Positions 13,344 to 26,756 of a DNA stretch of 64,000 nucleotides are shown piece by piece. Position 1 is the first letter of the stretch, and every line of letters begins with the position of its first letter. The notes beneath the pieces are model-generated. The model searched no databases, had not been told where the DNA came from, and saw nothing but the letters and a program-made list of their open reading frames with translations. The stretch is from Lama guanicoe (lineage: Eukaryota). Made by a program: the position numbers and the translations under genes. The DNA lies in assembly GCA_013239625.1 (NCBI GenBank), contig MU054187.1, positions 22,323,280-22,387,279 on the forward strand. The letters are read 5' to 3'.

Positions 13344-13449
13344 AAGAGATTGGAAGACTCCTAAAGAGAGAAGCAGAAGTGAACCCCTGTAAGGGAGGTC
13401 AGTGGAGGGAGCAGCTACCTTGATTCATGCCAACCTATATATTAATCAG

Positions 13450-13672
13450 GAGTATGAGCTTCAGAATCAGTTAAACCTAAGTTTGAGCACTGGCTCCTTA
13501 TCCACTAGTGTGAACTTGCACAAATTACTTAACCTCTTTAACACTCAATTTTCTCATCTGTAAAATGGAGCTAACAGTAGTATCATTTTCAAAGTGTTGT
13601 TAGACTCAAAAGAAATATATATGCGAAGTACTGAGCAGTATCTGACCCATAGTAAACTAACAATTCATGCTA
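13450..13672 (+). mobile_element. MIR SINE
   Basis: 'aaattacttaacctc...ctcaattttctcatctgtaaaatggag' MIR core. Confidence 0.75.
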
Positions 13673-13693
13673 ATAATATAATTATATGTAATA

Positions 13694-14203
13694 AGGAATC
13701 TCCATACTGTTTTCCATAGTGACTGTACCAAATTACATTCCCACCTAAAAACAGAATTACTCTATGATCCAGCGATCCCACTCCTGGGCCTATATCAGGA
13801 GGAAACTCTAATTCAAAAGGATTCATGCACCCCAGTGTTCATATCAGCACTATTTACAGTAGCCAATACATGGAAGCAACCTAAATGTCCATCAACAGGT
13901 GACTGGATAAAGAAGATGTGGTATAGTTGGTGGAATACTACTCAGCCATCAAAAAGAATGATATAATGCCATTTGCAGCAACGTGGATGGACCTAGAGAT
14001 GATCATACTAAGTGGAATAAGTCAAACAGAGGAAGACAAATATCATACGATATCACTTATGTGTAGAATCTTTAAAATGATGCAAATGAACTTATTTACA
14101 AAAGAGAAACAGACTCAGACATAGAAAAAAATTTATGGTTGTGAAAGGGAAAAAGGAGGAGAGGGATAAATTAAGATTTTGGGATTAGCAGATACAAACT
14201 ACT
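13694..14203 (+). mobile_element. L1 fragment with 5' inversion
   Basis: ~13694-13745 is antisense L1 (matches 31954-32005 in this window) joined to sense L1 from ~13746; candidate 18-bp TSD at 13676-13693 and 14204-14221. Confidence 0.85.
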
Positions 14204-14429
14204 ATATAATTATATATAACATATTAAGTACAATATGACATTTATAATAAAATAAAATGACATGTAATTAAAGTTAACGTCTTTCAGTTCCAGTTCTCAT
14301 CAGTCCCAGATCCGGTCTTTATGTCTCAACAACATTTTTGTATTCTTGTAATAATCTTTCTATTTGATCCGATTAGACTAAAATTTTGTTCCTGACTAGC
14401 ACAGAGTGAGGATACTTGGCTCCCAGTCC

Positions 14430-15712
14430 CCAGGGTAACTTTGGACAAGTTTTCCCTCAGTCTGCATTCAGCAATATTATCCCCTCTGTCCATCCTGAAG
14501 CCCTGTCTCTCGACTTCTGTGACATCACGCTCTCCGGCTTTCCTCCCACTCCGCTGGCCATGGGGTCCCTCTTGCTGGCTCAGTGTCTTCTGCCTGACCT
14601 TTAAATGCTGTAAGTCCTCAAGGCCTATCCTGAGGTGCCCTCATTTTTCTCACTCTATATTTTCTTCCTAGGCTGTAATACAAACACATGGTATCAATTA
14701 TCACCTAATTGAACCCTTGACCCCCAAAAGGTTACCTTTAGCCCAAGCCTCTCTTAATCTCCAAATATGTGTATCTTACTGCCCACTCAGCCTCTTACTT
14801 GGAGACCTGAAAGGCACCTCAGAACCTACAAATCCAAAATTGATTTCATGGTCTTTTCCCCTAGGGTTTCCTGTCTTGATTCTACTACCCAACTACCCAT
14901 CTGGTTTTCCAAGTCAGAAGCCTGTAAATTATACTAGACACCACCCTATTCCTTAACACCCTCATCTGTCACCAAGTCCTGTCGATTTTACCTTCAAAAT
15001 ATTTTTGAGTTTTTCTACTTCTGTTTCCCATTGCCATTACCCTGTCCAAGCCGCCATCACCAGCCACTCGGGCTCCTGCAAGAACCTCAGAAGTTATTTC
15101 ATAACCTCTTATCCTATTTTTCTCCAAACTTCTCTCCATCATACAGCCAAAGTTATACTTTAAAAATACAATTTCTTCTATGGCTTTCTGTGTTCTTTAA
15201 TATAATAAACTCCTTATCATGGCCTATAAGGCCCTCAATGATCTGGCCCCTGTTTGAGAAAAAGCATGCATTGGAGCTGGCTCATTCTGGCTGGCACTGG
15301 CATGCAGATGGTTAAATTTTCTGGAATTTTGCAAATGATGGTTGAACAATTGGCAGTTTAAAGTTGGATGTGGTAGGAACATGGATCCTGTGGAAATTGG
15401 CAAATGCTACAAGGCAGGGCTTTTTTTTTTTCTTTTTCTGGGAGAACCAGTTTACCATCACACCACCGCCTATTCTTCTGTCCAGCCTCAGATTCACTCT
15501 TGCAGCCTCTGCTTCAACCACACTGACCAACTTTAAGTTCCTCTAATAAGTCATACTTCCTCTTATTTAAGAACTAGGAAACATATTGGCCTTTCTTCTG
15601 CAGGAGACTACAATCCCCAAGATATTGGTAACTCTGTTGGCCCAAAATCATATTTTCAGCGCCTAACAGTGCCTGCACATAGTAGGTACTCTTTAAGCAC
15701 CCACTGAATACA
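14430..15712 (+). mobile_element. L2 LINE remnant interrupted by a MER63-like element
   Basis: Pyrimidine-rich L2-like body ending 'gcctaacagtgcctgcacatagtaggtactc'. Confidence 0.7.
15262..15469. mobile_element. MER63-like hAT DNA transposon MITE
   Basis: 'ggagctggctcattctggct...gttaaattttctggaattttgc...aaccagtttaccatcacaccac' resembles recalled MER63A. Confidence 0.65.
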
Positions 15713-16744
15713 CACCTGCTTTCATGTGGATTTTATGTCTCAAAACAATGTGGTGCCTATGAGAATGCCTCAATGATAAAACCCTGTCAGTATGAACGTG
15801 ATATTTACACTGCATGATTAAAATATGCTTCACTTCTGGAACAAATGTATTTCTTTCTATTTTCATTAGCTTTTTCTATTTTACACTTAAGATAGTGTCA
15901 CATTTCATTTTCAAAATGGTGAATTGTTATTTCTATAAAACAGTCATCACTGAACTGTGATATTAATGTTTATTTAGCTTGAGTTGGATATGACTTTTCT
16001 TATCATAATAAAATTAGGTCAGAACAGACAAGGGTGATATTTACAAGGAATGCTTTGTCATTTCTTCTTTCCTACGTTAAAAGTCAGCTTTCCAGAAACA
16101 CATACTCTTCCTCTTAACACAATGAAGTAGCTAAAACATAATGTTAAACTATTTCCTCTCAAAAGACATTTGTCAAAATGACCAGAACTCTCTTGGAAAA
16201 CATTTCCAGTAACTTCTATTGAAGTGAAAATTGCATCATCATCATAATAATTAAGATTATACCCACTGGTAGAATTTTCCACTTATATAGAAAAGAAATA
16301 TGTTCATGGCTATTTTGCTATCAATATTTTTAACTATACATAGATTTTTCATGCTTCTTTCTTCCTCTCATTGAACATTTTCTTTGATCCTCGGAGCACT
16401 GAATGCAAATCATATTTAATTTAGCACGTGCCCTAACTAACCAAGGCAATATTTTCACCAAAGTCATAGTTTTCTTATCTATTTCTTCTACAGAACTGCA
16501 TCTTAATTTGGGGAGACTAAGATACTCCATCATGAAGTAAAATGGGAAAACAGTTTAATATGTCAAAGTAATATGGGGTAAATAGCTACTCTTAACCATA
16601 ATTACTGTTTTTTTAAAAATTTGGTAGCAGATATGATTAAGTAGACGGGTTCTGGATTAATATCGAGGATCTAGTCAATGTCCTGTGTTTTCAAGTCCAA
16701 ATTATCCACACGTTAGACATAATAGAAACAAAAATCTGTATAGA

Positions 16745-16874
16745 ATAATCATTTTACACTCACATGGAACATTCACCAAGATAGACGACACTTCTGGCCA
16801 TAAAACACATCTTAACAAATTCAAGAGGCAAGAAACCATACAATGTCTGCTCTCAGACCACAGTGGAATTAGAC
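16745..16874 (+). mobile_element. Isolated L1 ORF2 endonuclease-domain fragment
   Basis: Translation HGTFTKIDDTSGHKTHLNKFK...LSDHSGI matches the L1 EN C-terminal motif HGTFSKIDH.LGHK..LNKF...SDH. Confidence 0.8.
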
Positions 16875-19800
16875 CAGGATAATCGGATGTGCTCAACTCT
16901 TTATCCCGTGAGTTGGTCACGGTTTCCTTATTCTTGGATCTGGATGCCATCCAGCAGTGCGATATCCCCTGGTTGTAAAACTGTATGTTGCCTCACGTTA
17001 CTAAAGTCGCCTGTGTGTCTTATCATTCTGAAAGTGCTTCCTGTTTTTCAGTGCAGCACTGTTCTAATTTGATGCCACTTCCCCATCAGTACACACTATT
17101 AGTTGTAATCAATCTGTGGCTCCAAGTCTGCATAAAGGGAGCAGAAAGTTGCACAGTGTATCAGTTGCATTTGATCACTGTAGACAAAAAGCCAAGGACT
17201 TAGACCAAAAATAACCTCATTCTCTTCTTTACTAAGAGAAATAGCTTGTAGTCTTCCTTTGGATTCTGTGTGTGCATCAGATGTCCTCATATGTTCACTC
17301 ATGTAGATTTACCTTAAGGAAACATTCCACTCTGCTTTTTCTTTTTAAGCTGAGCATTGTAATTTAAATACCAATAACATTTTTCTGTCCAGAATTTAGG
17401 AATTTTTTTTCCTTTTTGTAAGACTCATAGTTTATAAAACTTACTAGACACTATTGTTTGATCACTCATCTTAATTCAGTGTCTTAGAAGATGCTAAATA
17501 GTTTTCATTTTATTGCATTGCTTCCCTTGACTGTCCTATCTACAAGACAATTGTAAGTGCTCCCTCAAGTCCAAAGACCACATCAGGCAGAAGAAGTCAT
17601 GCAGAAAAGAGTTCAGGTGATGGCCTTCAACACCTGGCCTAATGTAGAATCACTATTTCTTAAATATTCGAAGACCATGTCCAACACATCCCTGGTGCTC
17701 ACTCTATTCTTGGTCTTTCTCGAATCTTCCCTGAGTCCTCAGACCAAGTCAAATCTCCTCATTCTATGCTCTTTAGAGATCCAGAATCCTGAAGGGACCA
17801 TAACTGTAGTTCACTTTGTCCTTAATATTTTCATTTCCAAAGAGTTTGCCCATAATTATGAGGCCAGAGAGCCCACAGATATTAAGTGACTTGTGTTTGT
17901 CACTGCTATCCGAGTTGTTCCAGAGATTCATGGGACCACTAGTGGGAAGAAAGTGTCATGATAATACTCTGGATTTAAAAAACACAGTACTCTGAGGACC
18001 TAAAATACCTTCACCCCTGAGCTTTATTAAAGAGCATATTATTTCTTAAGCTTAATGTCACAGCAATTAGTTCAGTAACTATTGAAAAACATTATAAAAA
18101 TGCTTTCATTATATTGCTGTGACTATAAAGTGCTGATCAACTGTTCTGAGTTGGAATATGTCATCTTCAATCTGGACACTAATTCAAAGCCAAAACGGCC
18201 ATTTGTCTATCAATAGTCATTCACTTTGCATGGATATGTGTATTTTCATACACTTTGAATGTTTAATCTGTGACTACTCATTTCTCTGTTCAATGTCCCA
18301 GAAATTCTCCATCGTTTTCCCTTCACAGTCCCTCGATAAAGTGTGTGTACCCAGTAGGCATTCAATAATTACACATTGATGCCCATGTGAATGGTAACGT
18401 AGGATGTGAGATGAGTTAGATTCAATGTTCTCTTCTCATCCGGCAGGAATGTATTTTTCCCCCATGGCAGAGCTGTGGTGGTGATGATGAAACCACAGGC
18501 CACCCAAAGTCAAATTTGCCTCTCATGTGCCTGCCCTTTCCTTCTTTTTACTCCAAGCCTTCTTCCAGAGCTTCCTCTAATATGTACCTGGGGCCCCACC
18601 TGCAGCGCCTCAGCTGCTGTTTGGAAGTGGATGAGCTAGCAGGACCGGAGCACCTCCCACCCCACCATCAACATCAACTGGGAACAGTTCCCAAGACTCT
18701 AGCTTGTGAAGGTGCCACGTGGCCCCAGCTCCGTGAAAAGCTCTCTGGCCCATAAAATGGTTAGTTTGACAGATAAGTCAGTGCAGAGCCATCACTGATA
18801 ACATTCAGGGAGATGCAAACCAAGCTGCGTAGAGGAACCACCACTTTGGTGTCTGACCAAGTCTGCACATTCATGAACAATTTGGCAGGAAGTCAGTTGT
18901 GAAAAGTTTTTGAACCTGAACCTCTTAACGCTTAAAACCAATAACCCTGGATTTTTTTTAAACAAATATATTAAGTGAATTCATTGAGTAAGTAATTCTA
19001 ACTGGGTCGATGATAGAGCGAAGTTTAGTCCTACATAAGGTGCAGTGTGGACCTGGTCTCTTGGTGGTTCTTTCTTTAATCTTTTACGTGATGAAACTGC
19101 ATCACGTAAAGTCCACACTGACTCATGGCATATTCTTCAGGTACCAGGAAAGCAACACTGTGTAGGGAGGATTAGGTCAGAAAATCTTTCATCCATTTTA
19201 TCTTGTTATAAAAATAAGCATCAGTTACTCACGGGTGTCTGAGGTAGAGTGGCTGACTTCTCCTTTCATAGTTGTCTGATTTAGAGGAGCATCTAAAGAT
19301 AATGTGAATAATTGCCTCTGGAGAATGGCTATTTTTTGCTGCACATATAATAACAATTACTGAGTCATTCTTACAGGCCTAATTTCAATAAAGCCTCACA
19401 ACTTTAGGAGGGTGGGATGCTGTCCAGCATACCTCCATCATCAGTGTGCAGAGGCAAACATTTCCAGTACAGAGAGCGAAACTGTCATTTTCAAACTTTT
19501 CGAATACCCTGCTTTACAGAATCTTTGGCTGAATATTCTCTCACACTGGTGTTTAAGCCCTCCTTTTCCTAGTTTTCCCACAGCTGAAAATTTCCTCAAT
19601 GTAGTCAGCTTCTACTTAAACCAGCCACACTGTCCCTTCTGGCATGACTGATTCGCAAGTTTGTGAATGAACATTTGTCCTTATCAGACCACAAGCTGAG
19701 TCTTCCACTGACTGGGTCTTGAAGACTCAACAAGGGTCATCTTTCAGCTCGTATACAAGATGAAGAAGTCATATGGCACTGCCCCATTAGTGGCTTTTTC

Positions 19801-22654
19801 TCTCAACCACAGACGTGTGCCCATAATCTCTCATGGCTTTTCAGAAGAGCAACCGAAGAAATGAAAGCATTAATTCTTCAATGGCTTTGGCTCTTCAGAA
19901 TCATATTTCTCAGTTTCAGCCTCTAGGCTCATAAAATATTTAGACTTAAATCATTTGCTTCTTTCCAGAGGACTCTACACAAATTTAATCATGAGTTTAC
20001 GTCATTTCCTTCATGTGACCCGAGGTAACTTGAATTCTGTTGAACCAGCATCAAAAACGTCACAGAGTTTTGAGCTCTTGCTTTTCAAATTTTGATTTCT
20101 GCAGAACTTGCAATCAGGCTTTTTAGAAGTTCCAAAACAAGGGTGGGCTTTGAGATCTGCTGTGACGTAAAGAGCTCTGTGAGCCAGAATTTTTTCAGTG
20201 AAGAATACAATGCGTGTTTCCTGCGAGCGAAAGGAAAGAGTATTATCTTTCAGTTTTATGTATTTGTTTTAAAAACACAAACTGTTGTGATAAGATTGGG
20301 ACCAACAGATGATGACATTTGAGTTGGAGCTCTGCTTGGTGCCCAGATTAAGCCCATCAGTTCAGAAGGCAAAGAGAATTAGAGACACCGCAGGCTTTTA
20401 TGAGTTGCACCTTGTTCTCGCTGGTGCACTCCATTTGTTTTAATGAGTTCTGTTTGTGGAAAAATGCTAAATGTGTATTACGTAAATTGAAACTTACTGC
20501 TGCGTAAGACTGTAAGATTCTCAGATAAAATTCTAGATAGGGTGAGAGGCAAGGTCTGTCCTGAACACCATTCAAAGAGATTTCCCATGAAGAGCTCCGG
20601 GATAATTTCCCATGATTCAATGAGCTACTTTATCAGTGCTAAGAGACATGACACAATATTCTACGAAGAGTTCATATCATCATGCTATTCTGAGTTCTCT
20701 GGAGGAACTGTATCTATCAACTTTTTCACAGAATTTATTTGGATACCCTGTCACATTTCTTCTAAAAATTTAGAGTAGCCAATAGTCACTGGAATCAATT
20801 GACACTCATTAGTTCACTCGCTCACTCACCTATTTTTCTTTTATTAATTTAATAAAATTGTATTGCATGCCTACCATGTTCACTTGTTTTTGTAAATTGT
20901 ATGGAGCATTTACTATGTGCCGCATACTGGATGTGAAAAAGTGTATATAAGGTTATGTCTGCCCCCAATGTATATAGTCTCTTAGGCCAAATAATGAGTA
21001 TTATTGAAACAGGTATTAAAATGAAAGAAAGCAGAGGTCTTAATTAATTTAAAATAATGTTAACCACTATTTGTTTAGAGCTTACCATGCACCAGGCACC
21101 GAGTAAAGCATGTAATCTCATTTTAAATGTATCATCTCATTTAATTCTCATTAAAAAACTCTAAGTGGTGGGTATTGACTCCAATTTGTAAGTGCTAAAA
21201 CAAGTTTAAAGATACTGATTACCATCACTCATCACTTGGTGACCACTCAACACCCTGCATTTTACCACTTGTGCCAATTAAAATATTTGGGGATTTAAAG
21301 TAGAATAGCTGGATAAAATGTGTCTTAAATGATAAGCATATTAAATTAAGTCACATAAAAAGAAGTCTGGAGGCAAGCAGTTCCAAGGCGGGCTTTCCTA
21401 AATGCCAACAATAGCCAGTTGGAAAAAATAATTAAAGTATCCCATTCATAAATATTGTCAAAGAAAAAAAAAAGAAGTCTTCCTAAGTTCATCTTTACTC
21501 ATCCTGTTGTAAACATTTGTGTATAATTGGATCTCTTATAATAAGAGTATATTACTTTTTGAATAAATTTAATATTTTAAGAAAAGATAATAAGGCTATA
21601 GGTTTCCCCCCGGACCTACTAAATTAAATTTCCCAGGATCTTTGAATCTATGTTCTTCAAAATCTTCCTTCATGATTTGAACAATAGGTCAGGTTTTGGA
21701 GTCACTGAATTGAAACTTTTTCCGATATATAATCACTGCCATGCCAGTAAAAGTGAAAATAAGTGGGAGAGATTAGAAAGATTCTTATTTATTTTACAGA
21801 AATGGAAAGAAGTGCTCGTTAACACATGCTTTAAGTGAACATTAACTTAAAATCCTGTATCAAGAATAAATCGTCTGGATGAAGATAATGTGCCTGAAAA
21901 TGGCCTGAAAGAACTAAACTTTCTTCTGACATTGCCCTTATTAGGCAATATAATCCTGAAACTCTGCTCCCTCCAAAATTTCCTTGTGACTTTTTTACAT
22001 TCAAGTAGTTTGTTTCTCATGCTTCTAAATGACCACACACTCTACGTTCTGGGAAATACCCCAGCGTGTAGAACCCGCTATCACAGAGCTGACACAACAA
22101 AATGACTTTTGTCCCCGTTGGTTCATGTACAAGACATTGAACAAAGCTGCGATCTGCAGCAACTCAAGAGATGTTCTCTCCGAGACTCCCAGTCCACCAA
22201 AAAAAAAAGAGCAGAGCCACAGAAGCACAGTTACTTCCTTCACAACCACAACATGAGTCAAGACAACAAAACATAGTATGGATAGCAACATCAAGCGTCT
22301 TGCTTGTCGAGATTTACCGGGGCTCCTTTTGCCTGGTGGGGCGCCCTGACACCGGGATCATGATAATCCAGCTCTAGAGATTGCCTGGCTATGATCTTCA
22401 AGTCTAACTCATGGTTTCTTTTAAAGTGCTGATCCCACATCCTTTCAGGAGACACTGCTAAGACAGACGCTCACATACTACTTGAGTGTTCGAGATCCTT
22501 CCAGACTGCATGTTTAGTTCCAACTCTAGCAAGCAACGTAAGTTGGTACCCACCAAAAAAACACAACAGGGCGGCCTTCATGAATCAGCCTCTGTGGCTG
22601 GAAGAAACCACCAAACATACCGGGAGATGAATTTGACAACAAGGGAGACCTGGC

Positions 22655-23108
22655 TTAGTGGGTTCAATAGGGGACCCCTAAAGACATATCCACCTGGAAC
22701 AGCAGATGGGACCTTATTTGGATAAGGGTCTGTGCAGATGTAATTAAGTGAAGATTCTCAAGATGAAATCACCCTGGATTCAGAGTGGGCCCTAAATCCC
22801 AATGGCTAGTTTCCTAATCAGAGAAAGGATCTGATACATGGAGAGACACAGGGGGAAAGCCATATGAAGACAGAGGCAGATGTTGAAGTCATGTGGCTAC
22901 AAGCCAAGGAGTGTCAAGGATTGCCAGCCACCATCAGAAGCTAGGAGAGAGGCATGGAACAGAGCTGAGAGCCTCTGGAGGGAACCAGTCCTGCCCACAC
23001 CTTTATTTTGGACTTCTAGACCCTGGAGCTGGGAGAGATTACATTTCTAGTTTTTTCAAGCCACTAAATTTGTAATGATTTATTATGGCACCTCTAGGAA
23101 ATGAACAT
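22655..23108 (+). mobile_element. MaLR LTR (MLT1B/C-like)
   Basis: 'gaccttatttggataagggtc...gatgtaattaag', 'ggccctaaatcc', 'agaagctaggagagaggcatggaacag', 'aagccactaaatttgtaatg'. Confidence 0.8.
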
Positions 23109-23413
23109 ATTTCTCAGAGCTCTTCTAAACCTGCTCTGGCTAGAGAGGAAGTAAAAGTTTCTCAGGTGGCATTGCTTTGCCAATTTATGATGCAAACAGG
23201 AGTTAATATCTCTGAGGCACTATGCACATAGCACAGATGAAATTATATGTTTGCACTGCTAAGGACGTTCATATACAACTGGTTGGCCTCCACAGTGCAC
23301 GTTGGTCAAATAAGCAGGTGTCATTAATTTCACTTCACACGACAACAAAGAAGCCCCTTGCCTAACTTCATCAAAGGAATTCTTGACAGCTGGCTTCAAA
23401 ACAGACTCTTCTT

Positions 23414-23563
23414 CTTTTATTGTTTTAATTGAAGTGTAGTCAGTTTAAAATGTTGTGTCAATTTCTGGTGTACAGCATAAAGTTTCAGTCATACACATAC
23501 ATGCACAGATTCATTTTCGCATTTTTTTTCTATAAGATATTGAATATAGTTCCCTGTGCTAAA
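23414..23563 (-). mobile_element. Very short L1 3' end
   Basis: Reverse-complement L1 terminus; 17-bp TSD caaaacagactct(t/c)ctt at 23397-23413 and 23564-23580. Confidence 0.88.
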
Positions 23564-23899
23564 CAAAACAGACTCTCCTTAAAGAGAAGATGACTCTTCT
23601 TAAAGGAAGATTAAACACCAATAGTCAGGGGTGGTATGAAAGAATTAGAAAGTAGAATATTTGCTATATTAATATCCTAGAAAACCCTATTTCACTTATA
23701 TATATAATATATATGTAAAAACTATTCAGAAAATTCATGTTACAATTTTCCTTGAAAGACAATTTTTAAACCCTGGCTTTTGCTACCATCAGCCAATTTC
23801 ATGTTATCTTGTTGCGAAATAAAAGTTTCCCTGAGAAATCATTTTGAGCTCTCAGACTTGCCTAGGGAGTATCCACATAGTCTTAGAATAGGTGTGTCT

Positions 23900-24235
23900 C
23901 AGTCATAATTGATAGAAAGACTTAAGAGGTTTACATGCACTGTGGTGCCAAAGCAGGGAGCAAAATTATCATATTTAGAACAACAGAAATGATAGCTCTC
24001 CTCCACCCTGCTGTAGTCAGACCCTATCTGGGAAGTCAGTCTTGTTTACAGCATAAACACTTAGGGATTTCTTTACATAAAAAGAGCTTACTGAGGGGTG
24101 GAGGGATCACGGTCCTCAAAAGCAGCAACTCTTGAATACTGAGGGGTTTCAATCTGAAGAAGACTCAGAGCCATGAGATGACCATCACCAAAAATCTGAA
24201 AGGATCTAACGTGAAAGACGGTTAGACTTATTTAA
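23900..24235 (+). mobile_element. Possible L3/CR1 remnant
   Basis: 'gaaatgatagctctcctccaccctgctgtagtcagaccctatctgg' and 'tcaatctgaagaagactcagag' resemble the CR1/L3 3' region. Confidence 0.4.
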
Positions 24236-26629
24236 CAGGTAGAAATGTCATTTCAGTTTCATATTAGGAAAGGCTTTTAGAAAGGCAGAGGTGGCCAAGA
24301 TAAGACCAGCATACTTGACAGGTAGTGACCTCCCCGCCCCAGGGAGTATACAAGTATAAGCAGGGGAGCTACTTTGTGGGGTGAGGGAAGGGGGATGGGA
24401 GGGGGAGTGTTCCTGTAGAACTTTAAGCTTTCTTAAAAGTCGAATGTTAATTAAATCTTTACTTCTTCTCACTTGTAATTTAAATACCTTCCAGGTCTCC
24501 GGAATCTGTAGTTCTGATCCTGAACCTGCAAAATGCAAATGACTTCTACGGAACTAAAGCCCAGGAATTATTTTGCCACAGGCTGCATTGACACGTCTAT
24601 CCCTCTAACTTGAATACGTTATTGTTTAAGATTGAATAGTATTTACCAATATGCCAAAGGGGGACTGGGAGGGGTTGGCCTTAGCAAGCAGGAATAGGGT
24701 GTTTAAGGTGATCTTTTCCTATGCCAGTACTTTCCAGTTTTAAATATAACGTGGAACTCTTAAAACACCAAGTGAGAGCGCCCCTGTCCATATTGTGTTA
24801 GAAGAGCTTCAGACACATTGAAAGCCTCAGGCTGAAAAAGCTGGGGACCAGGGCTCCCCACTCTGACATTTCCAAGCCTCATTCTAGACAGACAGAACTC
24901 CCCACAGTGTTGGAGAACTTACTCAAAATGAAGGTTATTTTTCCTTCTAAGAGAATAATCAGTGAAGAAACAGACTCTGACACCGACACAAACGAAAATA
25001 CTACACCATTAATATCCCTAGTTCTTTTTCTATGTAAACCACAGAATCTAATATCTATCACAGCTTGGTATAATTGTTTTTCCAGTGTTCATCAATTAAA
25101 ACGTAGCATCCAATTCACAGCACATCCTAGGTGCTCTGTATCCCTTGGGAAATTTTCATGTCTTTTAAATATACCCATTTGATTGAAAACATTCACTCCT
25201 TAATTCCTTCATTTAGGAATTTGTTTCTTTTGCTTGTAATTTTTTCTTTATTCTATGAATTTTTCAGTTCATTAAAGAAAATGTGGAAAATTCAATAAAG
25301 AATAAAGCAAAAGTCACCCACAATATCATTCCAGCAGAGTTCCATTCTTCACTACTTACTTTCTGTTTTATATTGTAATATGTACATTGCCTTTTCCCTT
25401 ATTACTACATTATAAACATCGTCCCTTTACTTAAGTATTCATCAACAATATGACCTTTGAAAAAGCTCAGAATGGTCTATTATATGGATTTCCATAAATC
25501 ATTTATTTCAAATTAATAGGATATTTTGATGATCTTTCATTTTTTTGCTCTTACATGTAATGCTATGAAGGTTGTTCCTATACCTACATTTTTCATGTCT
25601 AGCTCTGATTCTTTTCTTAATTTAAATTCCTAATACAATGAAAGGCAGATATTTGAAATCAAAAATATTATTTCAGAATTTAAACAAGGTCTGAGAATTA
25701 TACGTCTGAAAAGAGTAAGTACTGTAAACCAAATTATAAGCAATTATACTCAAAACACTGCATGAGACCTCCACACATGCCAAAACTATTTTGCCACCCA
25801 CAAATTTGCTGCAAGCATTACAGCACCCCAGAAGAGATATTCATAATTTTTAACAACCGGTATGGCCAGAAGACTGGCCATAACAGATGTCAGCTTCAGT
25901 GAACCATCATGGCCAAGCCAGCTGACCAGCAGCCCTGACCACATCCATAGTTAGCTTTGAAAATTGATTCTCTACATAATCAAAGTGGTTAGTAAATCAC
26001 TACTTGTTCTTATTCAATTTAGTGTTTGCTTTGTTTCCACAAATTCTCAGAATCTTGATTGTATCTAGTTTATAGCTCCTTAACAGAGCTGGACCATTGT
26101 GAATCAACCCGGACACCATGCATATGGCAGCTGGCTGCACAGCAGTGTGATAGGACTTTTATATTAAACCGCTCTTAGATTTATTTCCAGTGTCCCAAAG
26201 ATTTACCAAACCAGTAATAGCTACTCAGAAGATATGAGCCCTAAAGGGCCTGGCTAATGGCTTATCATCAAAAGTGGTAACTCAAAGTTTAACGCTGATT
26301 TGAGGCTATTGCAAGTCTTTCATGTTTCTTGTTCCTCGTTTCTTTCCAAACTTTCTTTTATTTCTTGAATCTGTTACTCATTTTTAAATATAGGTTTATT
26401 TCCTTACGATTTCCAATTCTTTCATTTTTTATTCTATAATTAGGGTCCTAAGTAATTACCTTTTAGTCAAATTTCCAACGTTCAGGGCCCTTTGCCACCA
26501 TAAATTTTAGAATTATTTATGATAAATAACAACATTATATTAAACATTAATAATATTAATCATATGCATCAAATGATCATTAGCATCAGGAAAAAAGCAA
26601 TGTAGTGGAGGTCAAAAAAGAAAGCTAAT

Positions 26630-26756
26630 GGGGAGGCATAGCTCAGTGGTAGAAAGTATGCTTAGCAAGCACGAGGTCCTGGGTTCAATACCCAGTATCT
26701 CCATTTAAGAAAATAAATAAACAAACTTGATTGCCTTCTCCACCAAATTTTTTTTT
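26630..26756 (+). mobile_element. tRNA-derived camelid-type SINE
   Basis: Head 'ggggaggcatagctcagtggtag...ggtcctgggttcaatacccagt'; TSD aaag(a/g)aagctaat at 26617-26629 and 26757-26769. Confidence 0.9.

Noticed and set aside
24377..24407. G-quadruplex-like G-run cluster
   Set aside because: Such motifs are common in mammalian DNA and nothing here supports a function.
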